DNA of 64,000 nt. Source: Convolutriloba macropyga. Lineage: Eukaryota. Numbering within the stretch: the first letter of the stretch is position 1; every line of letters begins with the position of its first letter. The DNA lies in the NCBI RefSeq assembly GCF_964194025.1, contig NC_134474.1, positions 36,952,001-37,016,000 of the forward strand. The letters are read 5' to 3'. This document shows, one piece after another, positions 62,301 to 64,000 of this stretch. Below the pieces are notes generated by a model. The model had not been told where the DNA came from. It saw only the letters and a list, made by a program, of their open reading frames with translations, and made no database searches. The position numbers were made by a program, and so were the translations under genes.

Positions 62301-62749
62301 GTGCGTAGCAATTATAATCGCCGCAGTCTTTATGGAATTCTTTGCTTGTCTAATTTTGTCAAACTCATTTGACTTTTCGTCCTTCGAAACCGTATAACAA
62401 GTAACGTTCGGAGTGCACTAATTGGTTCTTAATCTTGAACGTTCGACCTTACAGTTGCCACCTCCCTCCCCCACTCAACTAACAACACACCCCTAGTCCA
62501 CCCTCTTCCACCTAGCGGTTTGGACCACCCTCTCGCCCAGCCCTCTAAACCGTGCCCCAGACACCATGGTCCGCTTACCCTCTTTGATACTTGACCATCT
62601 ATATTTAATTTAGTGCAGTAAACCTTAATACGATGCAATAATTTATTTCTTATTTATTTGTCCTTCATTCCATTATTTTTTCAGATCTCTTTTCATGTTT
62701 CCCGCTTGTTAGTTGTCTCCTGTTCACACTTATTTCATTTCCCGCTGCA

Positions 62750-64000
62750 TGATCAGACTTGTTTGTTCATACTTGTTGTTTTATTGACAACCAATTCAGT
62801 TCATAATCTTGTCTTTTTAATTCAAATTCAGTAATCAGAATCTTTTTTGATTTCGCTCCGCAAAGTTGAGCACATAAATAAAACAAGCATTTTGCCTGGT
62901 GAAACTCAATCCTGTTTTTGAAATCATTTCTCTGCGCCGCGAAGCCGATACTAAAACTGTTGTGTCGGGATAATGCCGACTATCAAGATTGCTGAGAATG
63001 GCTATTATTAGCAGCGAAAAGACTAACGCGAGAAAGACTTAACTAACTCGAAGCGTCTACACTTCATTCGTATAAGACACCTTGTGCACTTGGCTATTGC
63101 GCTCCGATCGGAGCTTATAAAGAATGATTGGTGCAACCAGTTCCTAATAAGTGCGAAAAGCACAGCCTACATGTTTTCAGATAGAAATTGAATTAGTATA
63201 ATAACCTAGAGAGTTTATGAGTGTTAATAATAATATTTTTAAGTTCCTGGTTGAACTGTGAGCTTGGTGATCACCACACACCCCCGTCGAGGAAGAATCA
63301 ATTTTATGGTTCATGTGTTAGTCCGGATTTTGCTTGTTCGCCTATGCTGTGTTCCGACGTGTCGGAGTTGCTTCCTGGGTTGGGCGGTGTGCAGTCCATA
63401 GGGCATGCAGGTGCTGAAGTGTTTTCCCGAGTGGGGAATGAATGAAATGACGCCCTATGAAAGGACGGGTTTGACTCTTGTGAGTCCGAAGACAGAATTA
63501 CGATAGATTGTCCGAAGGATGACCAGTTGGGAAATACCCAAAGTTTAAGCCTAGGAGGAGTTTCGGCGGACGTGTCCACGAGGTCGATTACTGTTGTTTC
63601 GTTATTGGTTGCGGACGCGGGTAGTTATGATAGTGTGTTTTCAATTCGCAACCTCTTTATGCTTGCCTCAGCCTTGGATTTGTGGATGTTGCGCAGCGGT
63701 GTTGACTTTGCGATTGTCGCGACTGTGCTTTATGCTGGGGTTGTTATAATGAAATCTACGGCTTAGAGTTCCCTGGGGAGCATGATTGAAAGATTCGAGT
63801 GGTCGGCTTTTTCTTTAGTTCAGAGATTTTGATTGGGCTTTGTGAGAGTTCGAAGACTTTGCTTTGCTTTAATGCCGCAAACTTTGCTTTTGTCAGCTTC
63901 GTATGGGCTGTTTTGCGTGCTGCTGAAATAGTGGCCCTTTTTCGAATATTCTTTTGGGTACCTCTTTGGGCTGATTTCGTAGACTTTCTCTTTGTTATCA
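62750..64000 (-). mobile_element. Probable 3' end of an LTR retrotransposon: decayed ORF tail, purine tract, LTR at about 63280 to 62750
   Basis: A broken S/T/P-rich minus-strand frame ends at 63304, then GACGGGGG|TGTGTGG. TATA-like TTTATAAG at about 63117, AATAAA at about 62781 and ...TGATCA at 62750. No catalytic motif lies in the window. Confidence 0.5.

Noticed and set aside
25281-64000. Right terminal inverted repeat or core genes of the Polinton
   Set aside because: No CTAATCTTAATAC arrays, matching terminus, integrase, ATPase or capsid ORF seen after the gap.

Overview
AT-rich eukaryotic (invertebrate animal-like) genomic scaffold with two N gaps, dominated by nested mobile DNA. The main feature is the left ~9.3 kb of an apparently intact Polinton/Maverick (adintovirus-like) endogenous DNA virus (15760 to the gap at 25081). 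It has an AGTAGT terminus, subterminal arrays with 15 copies of a GTATTAAGAT core, and an uninterrupted 1449-aa protein-primed DNA polymerase B with the order zinc fingers - putative terminal protein - OTU-like Cys protease - zinc finger - 3'-5' exonuclease - polymerase with an inserted Vsr-like nuclease. Several small ORFs follow, two of them PC4-like. One clear host gene is present: TSR3 (3 coding exons, 53965-59868, +). Also present: a decayed Cys-loop ion channel gene, a 2.24-kb solo-LTR-like insertion with a 5-bp TSD and a hairpin array, three decayed CR1/L2-type LINEs, Penelope-like and CRE-like retroelement relics, GG...CC MITEs, a tRNA-derived SINE head, an LTR retroelement end, and several tandem, inverted and segmental duplications. 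All family calls come from motif recognition by eye; no searches were run, and boundaries of decayed elements are approximate.
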